Positions 1 to 9,100 of a stretch of 64,000 nt of DNA are shown here, piece by piece; the stretch's first letter is position 1; each line of letters opens with the position of its first letter. The notes beneath the pieces were generated by a model, which did no database searches, had not been told where the DNA came from, and saw only the letters and a program-made list of their open reading frames with translations. Position numbers and translations under genes: made by a program. Source of the stretch: a virus (taxonomy: Duplodnaviria; Caudoviricetes); the IMG/VR virus record IMGVR_UViG_2862281513_000001, positions 32,001 through 96,000 of that record; one strand, given 5' to 3'.

Positions 1-1564
1 GCACGAACTGGGTGACCGCGCCGCCTGCAGCGGTGTCGCAGAGCTGCACCAGGTCGCGTTCGGGCTGCTCGACCCCGACCGGGCAGGTCGTCACCTCGCC
101 CTGCGGGGTGTAGGTGGTGCCGGTGGTGGCGTCGACCAGGCGCACGGCGTCGACCGCGCCGTCCGCACCGTAGGTGTACTCGATCAGCACCAGGCCGAGG
201 ACGTCGCCGCTGACCGGGTCGACGTCGCAGAACGTGCCGGTCGTGCTGATGCTGCGCGGGTTGCCGCACGCCATGGTGCCGACGGGGGGATCCCCGGCGG
301 TGTAGGTGCCGGTGGTGAGGTTGAGCCAGCCGTCCTGGGTGACGGTGCCGTCGCAGTCGCGGGTGACCACCACGGCGATCGGTGTGCCGTCCGCCAGGCA
401 CAGGCCGAGCGTCGCCGCCGGCGTCGTCTGCGCCTCGCAGTCCGGGGCGGCCGGGCACAGGCCGACGGTGCCGGTGACGACGTGCGGTGTGGAGCCGTCC
501 AGCTCCACGTCCTCGTAGGAGGCCGTGTCGCCGAGCCACGAGTAGCGGCGCAGGAACGGTCCGGCATCGTCGCACAGGGTCAGCGTCTCGGTCGTCTCGG
601 TCGCGTACTCGCAGTCGACCGGCGCGGTCGGCGTGTACGGGACGGACGGGTCGTCCTGGTAGGTGAGGACGAGTTCGGCCGTGCCGTCGGCCTTGATGCA
701 CCACAGCTCGCTGTAGGAGACGTCAGCGACGCCGTCGCCGTCGGTGTCGTCGCAGCGCTGGCGGCACACGGTGTCGACGCAGCCCGAGGTGCAGGGGCCC
801 GCGTCGACCGGGGGCGGGCCGGCCGTGAAGACACCCGCCGTGTCCAGCCAGCCCGCAATGACCGGGTCGTCGGGAGTCGAGCCACACGTGTCGCAGCCCG
901 ATCGGACGACCAAGAGCACGGTGGTGCCGTCGGCGCGGCACAGCGGCGTCGACGTGATCGACGGGGAGCAGCAGGCGTCGCTAGCGCAGGCGCCGACGGT
1001 GCCGGTGACGACGTGCGGGGTCTGCCCGTCGAGCGCGACGTCCTCGAACGTGGCGATCCCGTTGAGGAACGTGTACCGGCGCAGGAAGGGCCCGCCGTCG
1101 TCGCACAGCATCACCGTCTCGGACTCGGGGCAGCCGTAGGTGCAGTCGACCGGCGCGGTCGGCGTGTACGGCACGCTCGGGTCGTCCTGGTAGGTGAGGA
1201 CGAGTTCGGCCGTGCCGTCGGCATGGAAGCACCACAGCTCCCTGTAGGTGGCGTCCGCCTGGCCGTCGCCGTCCGTGTCGTCGCACAGCTGGCGGCAGAT
1301 CGTGTCGATGCAGTTCGTCGTGCACGGTCCGGCGTCGGCCGGTGCCGGGCCCTCGGTGAAGACTCCGGTGACCGGGTCGATCCAGCCGACAACAGCCGGG
1401 GCGGCAGCCGGGTCGCCGCAGTCGACGCACTCGGAGCGGATGACGACGAGGACGGTCGTGCCGTCCGCGCGGCACAGCGGCGTGGAGGCGATCGAGGGCG
1501 CGCAGGCGCAGGCGCCTGGCGTGCCGCCGCCGCCTGGAGCGCACGGGACGGGCGAGACCGGCAT
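1..1564 (-). CDS. Cys/Thr/Asp-rich tandem-repeat protein, probably virion-associated (runs off the window edge)
   Basis: Open frame from ATG at 1564 (MPVSPVPCAPGGG...) past position 1, absent from the ORF track because it is truncated; two ~177-aa repeats (531-nt period) with DDTDGDG motifs; follows the capsid genes. Confidence 0.75.
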   Translation of the reverse strand, partial: MPVSPVPCAPGGGGTPGACACAPSIASTPLCRADGTTVLVVIRSECVDCGDPAAAPAVVGWIDPVTGVFTEGPAPADAGPCTTNCIDTICRQLCDDTDGDGQADATYRELWCFHADGTAELVLTYQDDPSVPYTPTAPVDCTYGCPESETVMLCDDGGPFLRRYTFLNGIATFEDVALDGQTPHVVTGTVGACASDACCSPSITSTPLCRADGTTVLLVVRSGCDTCGSTPDDPVIAGWLDTAGVFTAGPPPVDAGPCTSGCVDTVCRQRCDDTDGDGVADVSYSELWCIKADGTAELVLTYQDDPSVPYTPTAPVDCEYATETTETLTLCDDAGPFLRRYSWLGDTASYEDVELDGSTPHVVTGTVGLCPAAPDCEAQTTPAATLGLCLADGTPIAVVVTRDCDGTVTQDGWLNLTTGTYTAGDPPVGTMACGNPRSISTTGTFCDVDPVSGDVLGLVLIEYTYGADGAVDAVRLVDATTGTTYTPQGEVTTCPVGVEQPERDLVQLCDTAAGGAVTQFV

Positions 1565-1567
1565 GGG

Positions 1568-2047
1568 TCAGTCCTCCGGGTGGGCCTTACGGCGGTGGGC
1601 GGCGAGAGCGCGGTCGTTCTTGAAGGGGCGGTCGCAGTCGGCGCACTTCGGCCCTTCGTCTTCCGGGCTTGCGTCGCTTGCGTCGCTTTCCTCGACCGGG
1701 GCGGGGTCGAGCGGCACGGCGTCGGCGGGGTATGCCTCGGCCGGAACCTCGGGCAGCGGCTCGCCGGGGATCCCCTCCCTCTCCGGCAGGTCGACGCCCA
1801 AGAGTTCAGGCCCGCTGGCGGTCTCGGTCGGCTCCGCCTGCTCGTCGGGGCTGACGTACGGGTGACCGTCGACGACCGCGCCGATGAGCAGCTGCTCGGG
1901 CATGGTGGTGAACAGCTCGTTCGGGACGGCGAAGTCCGACGGCGAGACCGTGCGCAGCTTCGGGTCCTGCGTGACCGCCCAGCGCGCGAAGTCGACCCGC
2001 CGCTGCGGGGCGGGCCGGACGGTGATGAACGCTCTACTCACGGGCAA
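1568..2047 (-). CDS. Phage protein with C-terminal C2H2 zinc finger
   Basis: CADCDRPFKNDRALAAHRRKAH at the C-terminus; co-oriented in the capsid operon. Confidence 0.75.
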   Translation of the reverse strand: MPVSRAFITVRPAPQRRVDFARWAVTQDPKLRTVSPSDFAVPNELFTTMPEQLLIGAVVDGHPYVSPDEQAEPTETASGPELLGVDLPEREGIPGEPLPEVPAEAYPADAVPLDPAPVEESDASDASPEDEGPKCADCDRPFKNDRALAAHRRKAHPED

Positions 2048-2074
2048 AGGCCCCCATCTGGTCGTGTACGGCGG

Positions 2075-2914
2075 TCATGCGGGGCACGTCGACACGTTGA
2101 TCGCGCAGACGGTGCAGGTCGTCGCGACGACGTAGGTCCGCTCGACGAGCACGCGCTGCGTGTTGGTCCGGTAGTTGATCGACGGGCCGGGCTGATCCGG
2201 GACGGTCATGGCCGGGCCGCGCCGTACGACGACCGGGCCGGTGATGTACAGCCAGGCCGTGCCGGGGTCGGCGGGGATGTTCCCGGGGCCGGTGTTGGCG
2301 GTGCTGTATCCGGCGCCGATGACGACGCAGTTCCCGGCGAGCGTGGTCGGAGGACCGCCGCCCGGGTCGCGCTGGACGACGTTGCAGCAGCCCAGCAGCG
2401 CGGCGGCGCCGGCCGGGACGTGGAGAACGCCGACGCCGCCGTACTGCTCGGCCAGGCAGCCCTCCAAGGCGGCGACGCCCTGCGCCATGTCGACAGGCCC
2501 GGCGGCCGGGGTGAGGTCCGTGGCTGTCGCGGCGAGGGTGTTCGTCCAGAAGCCGAGTTCGACGGCTTCCTGCTCGCCGAGTTCGAGGGACGCCTCGGCG
2601 TGCTGGCGGGCCTCGGCGTAGCTCCAGCCCATCGTGGCGCACTCGGCGCCCGCATAGACCGTGATGGGGTCGGCGTGCTCGGTGGTCGGGCGGCAGAACT
2701 GCTTCTGCGTGGGGGCGCCGGGACTCTCGTCCGTGCCCACGCAGGGGTCGTTCCACACCTCGACCGGGCAGCAGCCGAGCGCCATCCACTCGACGCCCAG
2801 CAGCTCGTGTTCGTCCTGGACGTCGATGACTTCGGTACAGCCGCCGAGGATCCCGTACGGGAGCGGACGCCCGGGGATGGCCTCGACGCGGCGTCGCATG
2901 CCGGCGGATGCCAC
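2075..2914 (-). CDS. Second capsid-associated protein (putative capsid pentamer/minor capsid)
   Basis: 279 aa directly downstream of the major capsid gene, GAGGAGG RBS; arrangement recalls two-gene hexamer/pentamer capsids of cluster B-like actinophages. Confidence 0.6.
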   Translation of the reverse strand: MASAGMRRRVEAIPGRPLPYGILGGCTEVIDVQDEHELLGVEWMALGCCPVEVWNDPCVGTDESPGAPTQKQFCRPTTEHADPITVYAGAECATMGWSYAEARQHAEASLELGEQEAVELGFWTNTLAATATDLTPAAGPVDMAQGVAALEGCLAEQYGGVGVLHVPAGAAALLGCCNVVQRDPGGGPPTTLAGNCVVIGAGYSTANTGPGNIPADPGTAWLYITGPVVVRRGPAMTVPDQPGPSINYRTNTQRVLVERTYVVATTCTVCAINVSTCPA

Positions 2915-2980
2915 CTGCGCACCTCCTCATAGGGTGCCGCGCCGAGACCCGTAGGTCTCGGCGCTGGACGTGGGCAGGGG

Positions 2981-4615
2981 TCAGGCGATCGGGCAGGTGA
3001 CGCCGAGCTGCTCGCCGGTGCGGCCGTCGGGGCAGACCGGGACGGTGACGACGCGGGCCTCGTTGTTCCGGGCGATGAGCGCGGTGCACTCCTCGGTGAA
3101 CAAGGCCGTGTAGTCGTTCGTCGAGAACTTCGTCGAGTCGTGGATCACGCCCAGCGAGATCTCGCCGCCGCGCCCTGCCTCGAAGGTGCCGGCCGGGTAG
3201 ATCAGGAACGGGATGGACGTCGGCCAGTCGGTGGCCGGGGTCGGGCCGCCGATGTCGGTCGGGACGGCCGGGGTCAGGCCGCGCGCCCACTGCACGCTGA
3301 TGCCGAGCTGCGCGAACGCGTTGACGACGCACGCGATGTCGATGTCGTCGCAGCTGACGCCGTTCTGGCGGGCGATGTCTGCCAGGAACAGGTTCTTCGC
3401 CCACCAGGGGAAGACGACCTCGATGTTGATGTTCTGGCAGAGGCTCAGCTTCTCCGTCATGTCGCTGGCCTGGAGGGCGACCGCGGCGAAGATGGCGGAG
3501 AACGCGCCGAACGTGGCGGCGATCGTGACGGCGGTGGAGGCGGCCACGGCCTGCGTGAACAATTCCTGGCGGATGCGGATCTCGTGCGCGACCATCGCCA
3601 GCGACTGGTAGTACGCCACCAGCTCCGGGAAGTGCCGCTGCGTCAGGATGCCGGACTCCAGGCACGCGCCGACCGCGTCACAGCGGACCTCGACCGGCTC
3701 CGGGCAGGGGATGCGGAAGCAGGGCTTGACCGCGCCGGAGATGTCGTCGGCCTCGGTGTGAATCCACGTCATGGCGGCGACGTCGAGCGACGGCATCGGG
3801 AAGTAGCGCAGGCCGCCGCGGGCGAGCTGGATCTCGGGCAGGTCCCACAGCATCTCCGGGCAGGACATGTTGGTGAGGGTGTAGACCGTCTCGGACGGCG
3901 CACACCATCCGCCGCTCGCGACGAGGTCGCCGCCGTTGAGACGGGACTGGTCGCCGGCGAGGACGACCGCACGCGTGCCCTCCGTGCCCGAGGAGCTGTC
4001 GTTGACGATGAGCTGCTGCGGGAACGGCAGCCGGTAGGAGGCGGTCAGGCCCACGCCGCCACCGGCGGTCTTGAGGGCGTTGGCGCGCCGGATGATGCCC
4101 TCGGTGACGCCCTCCATGTCGAGGGGCTGGCCCGGCTGGTAGCCGGGGACGTCGACGGAGGCGGTGATCTCCGGGCGCGGGTTGGGGTCGGCGGGCAGTA
4201 CGCGCGGCTGGTGAGCCCGGACCCGCGACAGGTCCAGGGCGCGGGACTTGACGGCGGCGGAGGCGGTGACGGGCTCCTTGGCCGGCTCGGCGGCGGGCTC
4301 GGCAGCCGGCTCGGCCGGGTTCTCGGCGGCGGGCTCGGTGGTGGCGGCTTCCTGCCCGCCCTCGTCGCCGCGGACGGTCGCGGCGAGCGCCTCGATCTCG
4401 GCGGCGGCCTTCTGGGCGGCCTCGATGCGCTCCGCCTTCTCGGTACGGATGTTCTCGACCGCGGTGGCCAGCTCGCGAAGCTGGGTCAGGTCGTCGCTGG
4501 TGACGGTGCTGCTGCCAGCCTTGGCGTCGAACGCCTTGACCGCGCCGTCGAGAAGGTTGTCCAGCTCTTCGTCGCTGAGGGTGGTGATGTCCTCGGGAAG
4601 CGAGAACTCTTCCAT
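2981..4615 (-). CDS. Major capsid protein with N-terminal coiled-coil scaffold-like region
   Basis: ASGGWCAPSE motif typical of this actinophage capsid family; GGAG RBS before MEEFSL; downstream of portal and protease. Confidence 0.85.
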   Translation of the reverse strand: MEEFSLPEDITTLSDEELDNLLDGAVKAFDAKAGSSTVTSDDLTQLRELATAVENIRTEKAERIEAAQKAAAEIEALAATVRGDEGGQEAATTEPAAENPAEPAAEPAAEPAKEPVTASAAVKSRALDLSRVRAHQPRVLPADPNPRPEITASVDVPGYQPGQPLDMEGVTEGIIRRANALKTAGGGVGLTASYRLPFPQQLIVNDSSSGTEGTRAVVLAGDQSRLNGGDLVASGGWCAPSETVYTLTNMSCPEMLWDLPEIQLARGGLRYFPMPSLDVAAMTWIHTEADDISGAVKPCFRIPCPEPVEVRCDAVGACLESGILTQRHFPELVAYYQSLAMVAHEIRIRQELFTQAVAASTAVTIAATFGAFSAIFAAVALQASDMTEKLSLCQNINIEVVFPWWAKNLFLADIARQNGVSCDDIDIACVVNAFAQLGISVQWARGLTPAVPTDIGGPTPATDWPTSIPFLIYPAGTFEAGRGGEISLGVIHDSTKFSTNDYTALFTEECTALIARNNEARVVTVPVCPDGRTGEQLGVTCPIA

Positions 4616-4727
4616 GGGGCCGGTCTCCAAATGATCGATCTTGGAGACCCGGCCCAAAACCAGCGGTCGTCTGTAGCAGATAGTAGCCCGCTGGTCCGGA
4701 AGTTTCGGGTGAACTATGCGTCAGGGG

Positions 4728-5504
4728 CTACTGAGTGAATCGACGCCTCGGGTGCATGGGCTCGGCCGGCCGCTCTCCCGTGAGTAGGAACTTGGCTATA
4801 ACTTCCGCGTAATCACGCCTGAGCAGGTTGCCGTGCACCACCTTACTTACCGTGACAATCCCCAAACCGAGATTGTCAGCGATGGTGCGCACAGTGACCA
4901 CGCCCGCCCGCCTGCGCAGTTCGTCCCATACGAATCCCATATGGGGGAGGACCGACAGCACCGTCACAAGTTCGGTCGTGGACAGGGCATCAAGGAGGTC
5001 GGCCGCCGTAACAGCCTCCCAGAACCCGACCGCCGCAGTTCCTCCCTCGGCTACCGGCCCTAGGAACGGATTCGACATCAGCAGCGCGCGAGCGGCCTGC
5101 TGCTCACCCACGAGTTCTGACGGATCCGCTTGCAAGAGATCATCAATGAACCACTGCGACGGCCCCCTCCCGAAGTACGCCTGACGCATGCCTGGTGGAT
5201 GCTCCTTGCCATCCGAGGCAGCGGCACTCAGCAGTTCGATTTGTTCTTCGGTCTCGCTGCGAAGCAACAGCCATTCTCGATGGTTACCGTTCCAGGCGGT
5301 CACGAGAGCCGCGAGGACAGGCCTCGTTGGGATCCGCTGTCCCCTCAACGCTGCGTAGAGCGTCGACTTCGGGATCTGCGTCTCTTTGGAGATCGCTTCG
5401 ACCGTCTTGGCGTCGAAGCCAGCCTCATCCCGCAGGCGGCGGAGAGCGCGGGCGAATCGGGCCTGCGGACTGTCGTCATTGAGCGGTGTTGCTCGACGCG
5501 GCAT
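4728..5504 (-). CDS. XRE-family HTH protein (inserted accessory gene)
   Basis: FARALRRLRDEAG...IPKSTLYAALRGQRIP HTH; second HTH-like segment at the C-terminus; lower GC than neighbours. Confidence 0.75.
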   Translation of the reverse strand: MPRRATPLNDDSPQARFARALRRLRDEAGFDAKTVEAISKETQIPKSTLYAALRGQRIPTRPVLAALVTAWNGNHREWLLLRSETEEQIELLSAAASDGKEHPPGMRQAYFGRGPSQWFIDDLLQADPSELVGEQQAARALLMSNPFLGPVAEGGTAAVGFWEAVTAADLLDALSTTELVTVLSVLPHMGFVWDELRRRAGVVTVRTIADNLGLGIVTVSKVVHGNLLRRDYAEVIAKFLLTGERPAEPMHPRRRFTQ

Positions 5505-5640
5505 CTGGTCTACACCTGTTGTCTCGTATTGAGCGCAGATTGTCGGCGCATTCTCTCGACCCCCTTATCAGGGGGGCAAGGCCGCCCGAAACTACAGGCA
5601 GACAAGCCAGTGACCGCCAGGCGCCTCTAGCTCCCAAAGC

Positions 5641-5910
5641 ATGTTGAGGACACCCGACGGCCAGACCGCCGCTCGCGCGGCAGATAGGACGACACCAGTG
5701 CTGACGCCCTGCAACCATGATGAACCGCTCCACCCCCTCCACCGCAAGCGCCGTCTCAAGCTCATCCTCGTCGGCGTAGTCGTCGTCGGCGCCGCTTCGG
5801 TCCTGCCGCCCGACCAAGTGAGTGCCGTCTCGCAGGCGGTCGGTGCCGCCGCGGCTTCGACGGTGGTGCTCCGTGGCACCAGGGAAGGGGGCGGGGTGAT
5901 GGTCGGCTGA
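5641..5910 (+). CDS. Small hypothetical membrane protein
   Basis: Basic stretch followed by a hydrophobic segment; ends just before a terminator hairpin. Confidence 0.35.
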   Translation: MLRTPDGQTAARAADRTTPVLTPCNHDEPLHPLHRKRRLKLILVGVVVVGAASVLPPDQVSAVSQAVGAAAASTVVLRGTREGGGVMVG

Positions 5911-5925
5911 CCCTGAGCACCGCAC

Positions 5926-5969
5926 GAGGCCCCTCGGCACCGGTCGAGGGGCCTCCTGCGTTCCCTTTT
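5926..5969. terminator. Intrinsic terminator hairpin between convergent ORFs
   Basis: GAGGCCCCTCG/CGAGGGGCCTC stem with a T-run downstream on +. Confidence 0.65.
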
Positions 5970-5972
5970 CGG

Positions 5973-6158
5973 CTACTTGGCGGTCGACTCGGCCGCGTTC
6001 TTCGGCGGCACTTCGCGGATGACGCTCCCGGCGTACCGCTTACCGACGCTCTCGGCGGTGGGCTTGCTCGCCGAGGCGAACACCACCTTCTCTCGGCCGT
6101 CGGTGGTCACGACGACTTCGTAGCGGGTCTTGTTGCCACCCTTGCAGGCGCATCCCAT
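5973..6158 (-). CDS. Small basic phage protein (MGCACK...)
   Basis: 61 aa, starts 1 nt after the stop of the large head fusion gene; GGAG RBS. Confidence 0.75.
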   Translation of the reverse strand: MGCACKGGNKTRYEVVVTTDGREKVVFASASKPTAESVGKRYAGSVIREVPPKNAAESTAK

Positions 6159-6159
6159 C

Positions 6160-9100
6160 TCAGATCACTCCGTTCGTTACGGCGACGGTCTCAGCGGCCG
6201 GGTGCTGCGCGACGAGCGCGGCCATCTCCTCGATCTCTGTGCGCCGTTCCTCCTGGCGGCGGGTCACGGCGTCGGTGAGGAGGTCGACGAGGGGCCCGGA
6301 CGCGAGGGCTGCGGCGAGCGCCTCGACGTCGACCTGGACGACCGGCGCCCCGGCGTCCGGATGCCGTCCGGACGCTCCGTCCGGACGCTGTCCGGGCAGG
6401 TCAACGCTGATGTCCGTCGAACTCGCGAACGCCGTCCGGATGTCGTCCGGATGCTCGTCCGGACGGGTGTCCGGAGAAGGTTCGGATGCCTCGTCCGTGA
6501 GCGGGAGGAGGCCCGCGGCGGAGGCGGCGAGCGCCAGGTTCGACCGCTCGGCGACCGCATGGAGGGCGGCCAGCAGCGGCGTCGAGTGGCCGGGCACGGG
6601 CACGGTCAGCACGGCCCGCAGCTGCCACGACCCGTCTCGGGCCTGCCGCAGGTGGTACGACGGCTGGCACGCCGCGAACACCGCCCGGTCCCATTCCGAC
6701 AGCCACGGCGCCGCCGCACCGCTGAACCACAGGCCGCGCTCGTTGAGGCCGACGGTAACGATCGCCCCGACGGTCCTGCTGTCGTCGAACTGGCAGGCCG
6801 CCGTCTCACACTCGGCGCCGTCCCTGTGGTGGCCCACGTTCATGGTCATCGCGCCGACCCGGGCGAACGAGCCGTCGTCGAGCTGGAACTTCGCCCGCAG
6901 GAAGTGCGAGAAGTCGAAGCCCTCCGCGGCGAGCTTGCGCACTGTCAGGTTCTTGCCCGGGTAGCCGGCGTGCGGCTCGTCGATGGTGGCGACCCACCCG
7001 TAGGCGCGGCCGTCCTTCAGGTGGACGCCGCCCGCGCCGTCGGGGAGTTCCTCCTCGGTCGGCTCGGCGAACCAGGCGGCGGGCATCGGCGGCATCTGCT
7101 GCATGGCCGTCCACGCGGACGCCTCAAGCTCGTCCTCGACACCGGCTGCGGACGCGCGACGGTCGATGACCAGGGTGTCGGGCTCCCAGTCCGAGATCCG
7201 GTCCTCGAAGCCGCTGCCGGAGGAGGCCGCCGTGAGGGCGAGTGCCAGCCCTGCGAGCGCACCCGAGGCCATCCGGCCGTTGATGATCTCGACGTCGTAG
7301 ACCGCCGTCTCCAGCGGGTCTTCCGGCTCGTTGGCGGCCGTGACCCGGAACTGCGTGCCCGGCGCGGTGATCCACTCCGCTTCGGACTTCTCACCGCCGA
7401 GGGCGGTCACGTCGAGGGCCTGCGTGCCCTTGGGGGCCTTGATCCTGAACAGGGAGCCGCCGACGCCGGTCATGCCGCGCGCTACGTCCTCGTCGTCGGA
7501 CATGCTGGTGAAGCCCTTGTCGTGGAACTCGTCGCCGGGCTTCAAGCCGAGGCGGAGCTGCCGGGTCCCCCGGAACATGCTCCTGTCCTCGCTCAGCGGG
7601 TCCTGAATGCTGATCAGGTCGCTGAGGGCAGAGATCCGGTGACGGGTCTCGTCCAGCGATGCCCGCTGAGGCTCGGCGTCTCGGCGGAGCAGGGCGTTCA
7701 TGTCCCGGTAGGCGCGGCCCTGGTAGTCGAGCATGGCGTCCAGGTGCTGCTCCTCGCTGAACAGGTTGCTCCCCGCCCAGCCGCCGCCCGCGTGCTGCGT
7801 CCTGCGCGACTCGCGGGCATTGCGGCCACTGGGGTGGTACTTGCGGTAGCTGGGCCGCCCAGGCGTGCCGTGGAACTCGTCCTCGGCGATCCGCTCTTCA
7901 CCGCTCGCGGTCTTCTCGCCCTCCGGCAGGGTCGACGGCCCGCAGAACAGGCCGGGCGCCAGGCGGACGATCCGGCCGTCCTTCGCCGCCCCGTTGAGGT
8001 GCCCGCGCGCGGTACTCATGGCCATACCGAGCGCGTTGGAGACTTCCCGGGCGCCGACGGCGGCCGGTGAGGTGCACACGTAGCGGACGACCCGGTCTCG
8101 GGTCTCCCCCGCCGCGGTGATGTCCGGCACCGGCGCGGCCGCGGTCTCGTCGAGCGGGTCGAGGACGATCTTGGCGTCCTTGAAGGCGGGCATCGACACG
8201 AGCGTGGCGCCGCGCAACCGGGCATCGGTGATGCGCAGCAGGAACTCGCCGGCCTTCTGCTCGTGGATGACCAGCCCGGACTCCGGGTCGTCCGCGTCAC
8301 CGGCCGCCGCGGTGAGAGCGCCGGTGCCGTTGAAGGCCTGCGCGATCGCCGCGGCGGTGAGTACGCCGCCGGGGCCGGTGATGAGCTGGACGTCGTAGCG
8401 GCTGCGGGAGAACGCCTCACCGGCCGCCGTCCACTCGGCCCGGGTGGAGGCGGACAGCATCACCGAGCCGTCCTCCATGCTCATCACGCTTGCCTGTGCG
8501 AGCGTCGCCGACGCGAACAGCCACTCCGCGTCCTCGGGGCTGAGGGTCTTGTCGACGAGCTGGATGCTGACGTTGTCCAGGTCCACGCTGATACCGAGCG
8601 GCGCCTCCTCCTCAAGGAGCTGCACCGCGTCGAGCCCGGCCGGCTGGTTGAGGTACAGCGCACCGGAGGCGGTGATGCGCTTGCCGTCCCGCTTCACCTT
8701 CTTGATGGCGCCGGCCAGGCGGGCGCCCTGGTGGCCCATCAGCATCTCGTCGGCATGCTGGAGCGGCTGCGGCTGCCGGTCCCACTTCAGGGCGCCCTTG
8801 GTGAAGATCCGGCCGTCGCCGGTCTCCTCGTCCTCGTAGGCGATCGCCCACGGGTCGGGCGTCGACCAGGTACGAACCGTCAGCGGAACGAAGTCGGGGG
8901 CCGCGGTGGCGGCGGCCTTGGCGTCAGGCATGGGTTCTTCCTCCTGCTGGGGGCCGAGGGGGATGTCGGTGTGCTCGTCCCCGAAGGCGACGCGCAGCCT
9001 GTCGAAGGTCACGGGGCCGACTCTCGCGAGCAGCTCGCTGTACGGCCCGCTCTCCGCCGTGTAGACGGCGCAGGTGTGGGCCGTCCACGGGGAGTGCTGG

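Noticed and set aside
482-2932. Long plus-strand ORFs here and at 26767-29721, 39219-41951 and elsewhere
   Set aside because: Antisense shadows of real minus-strand genes, typical of high-GC codon bias; no recognisable motifs
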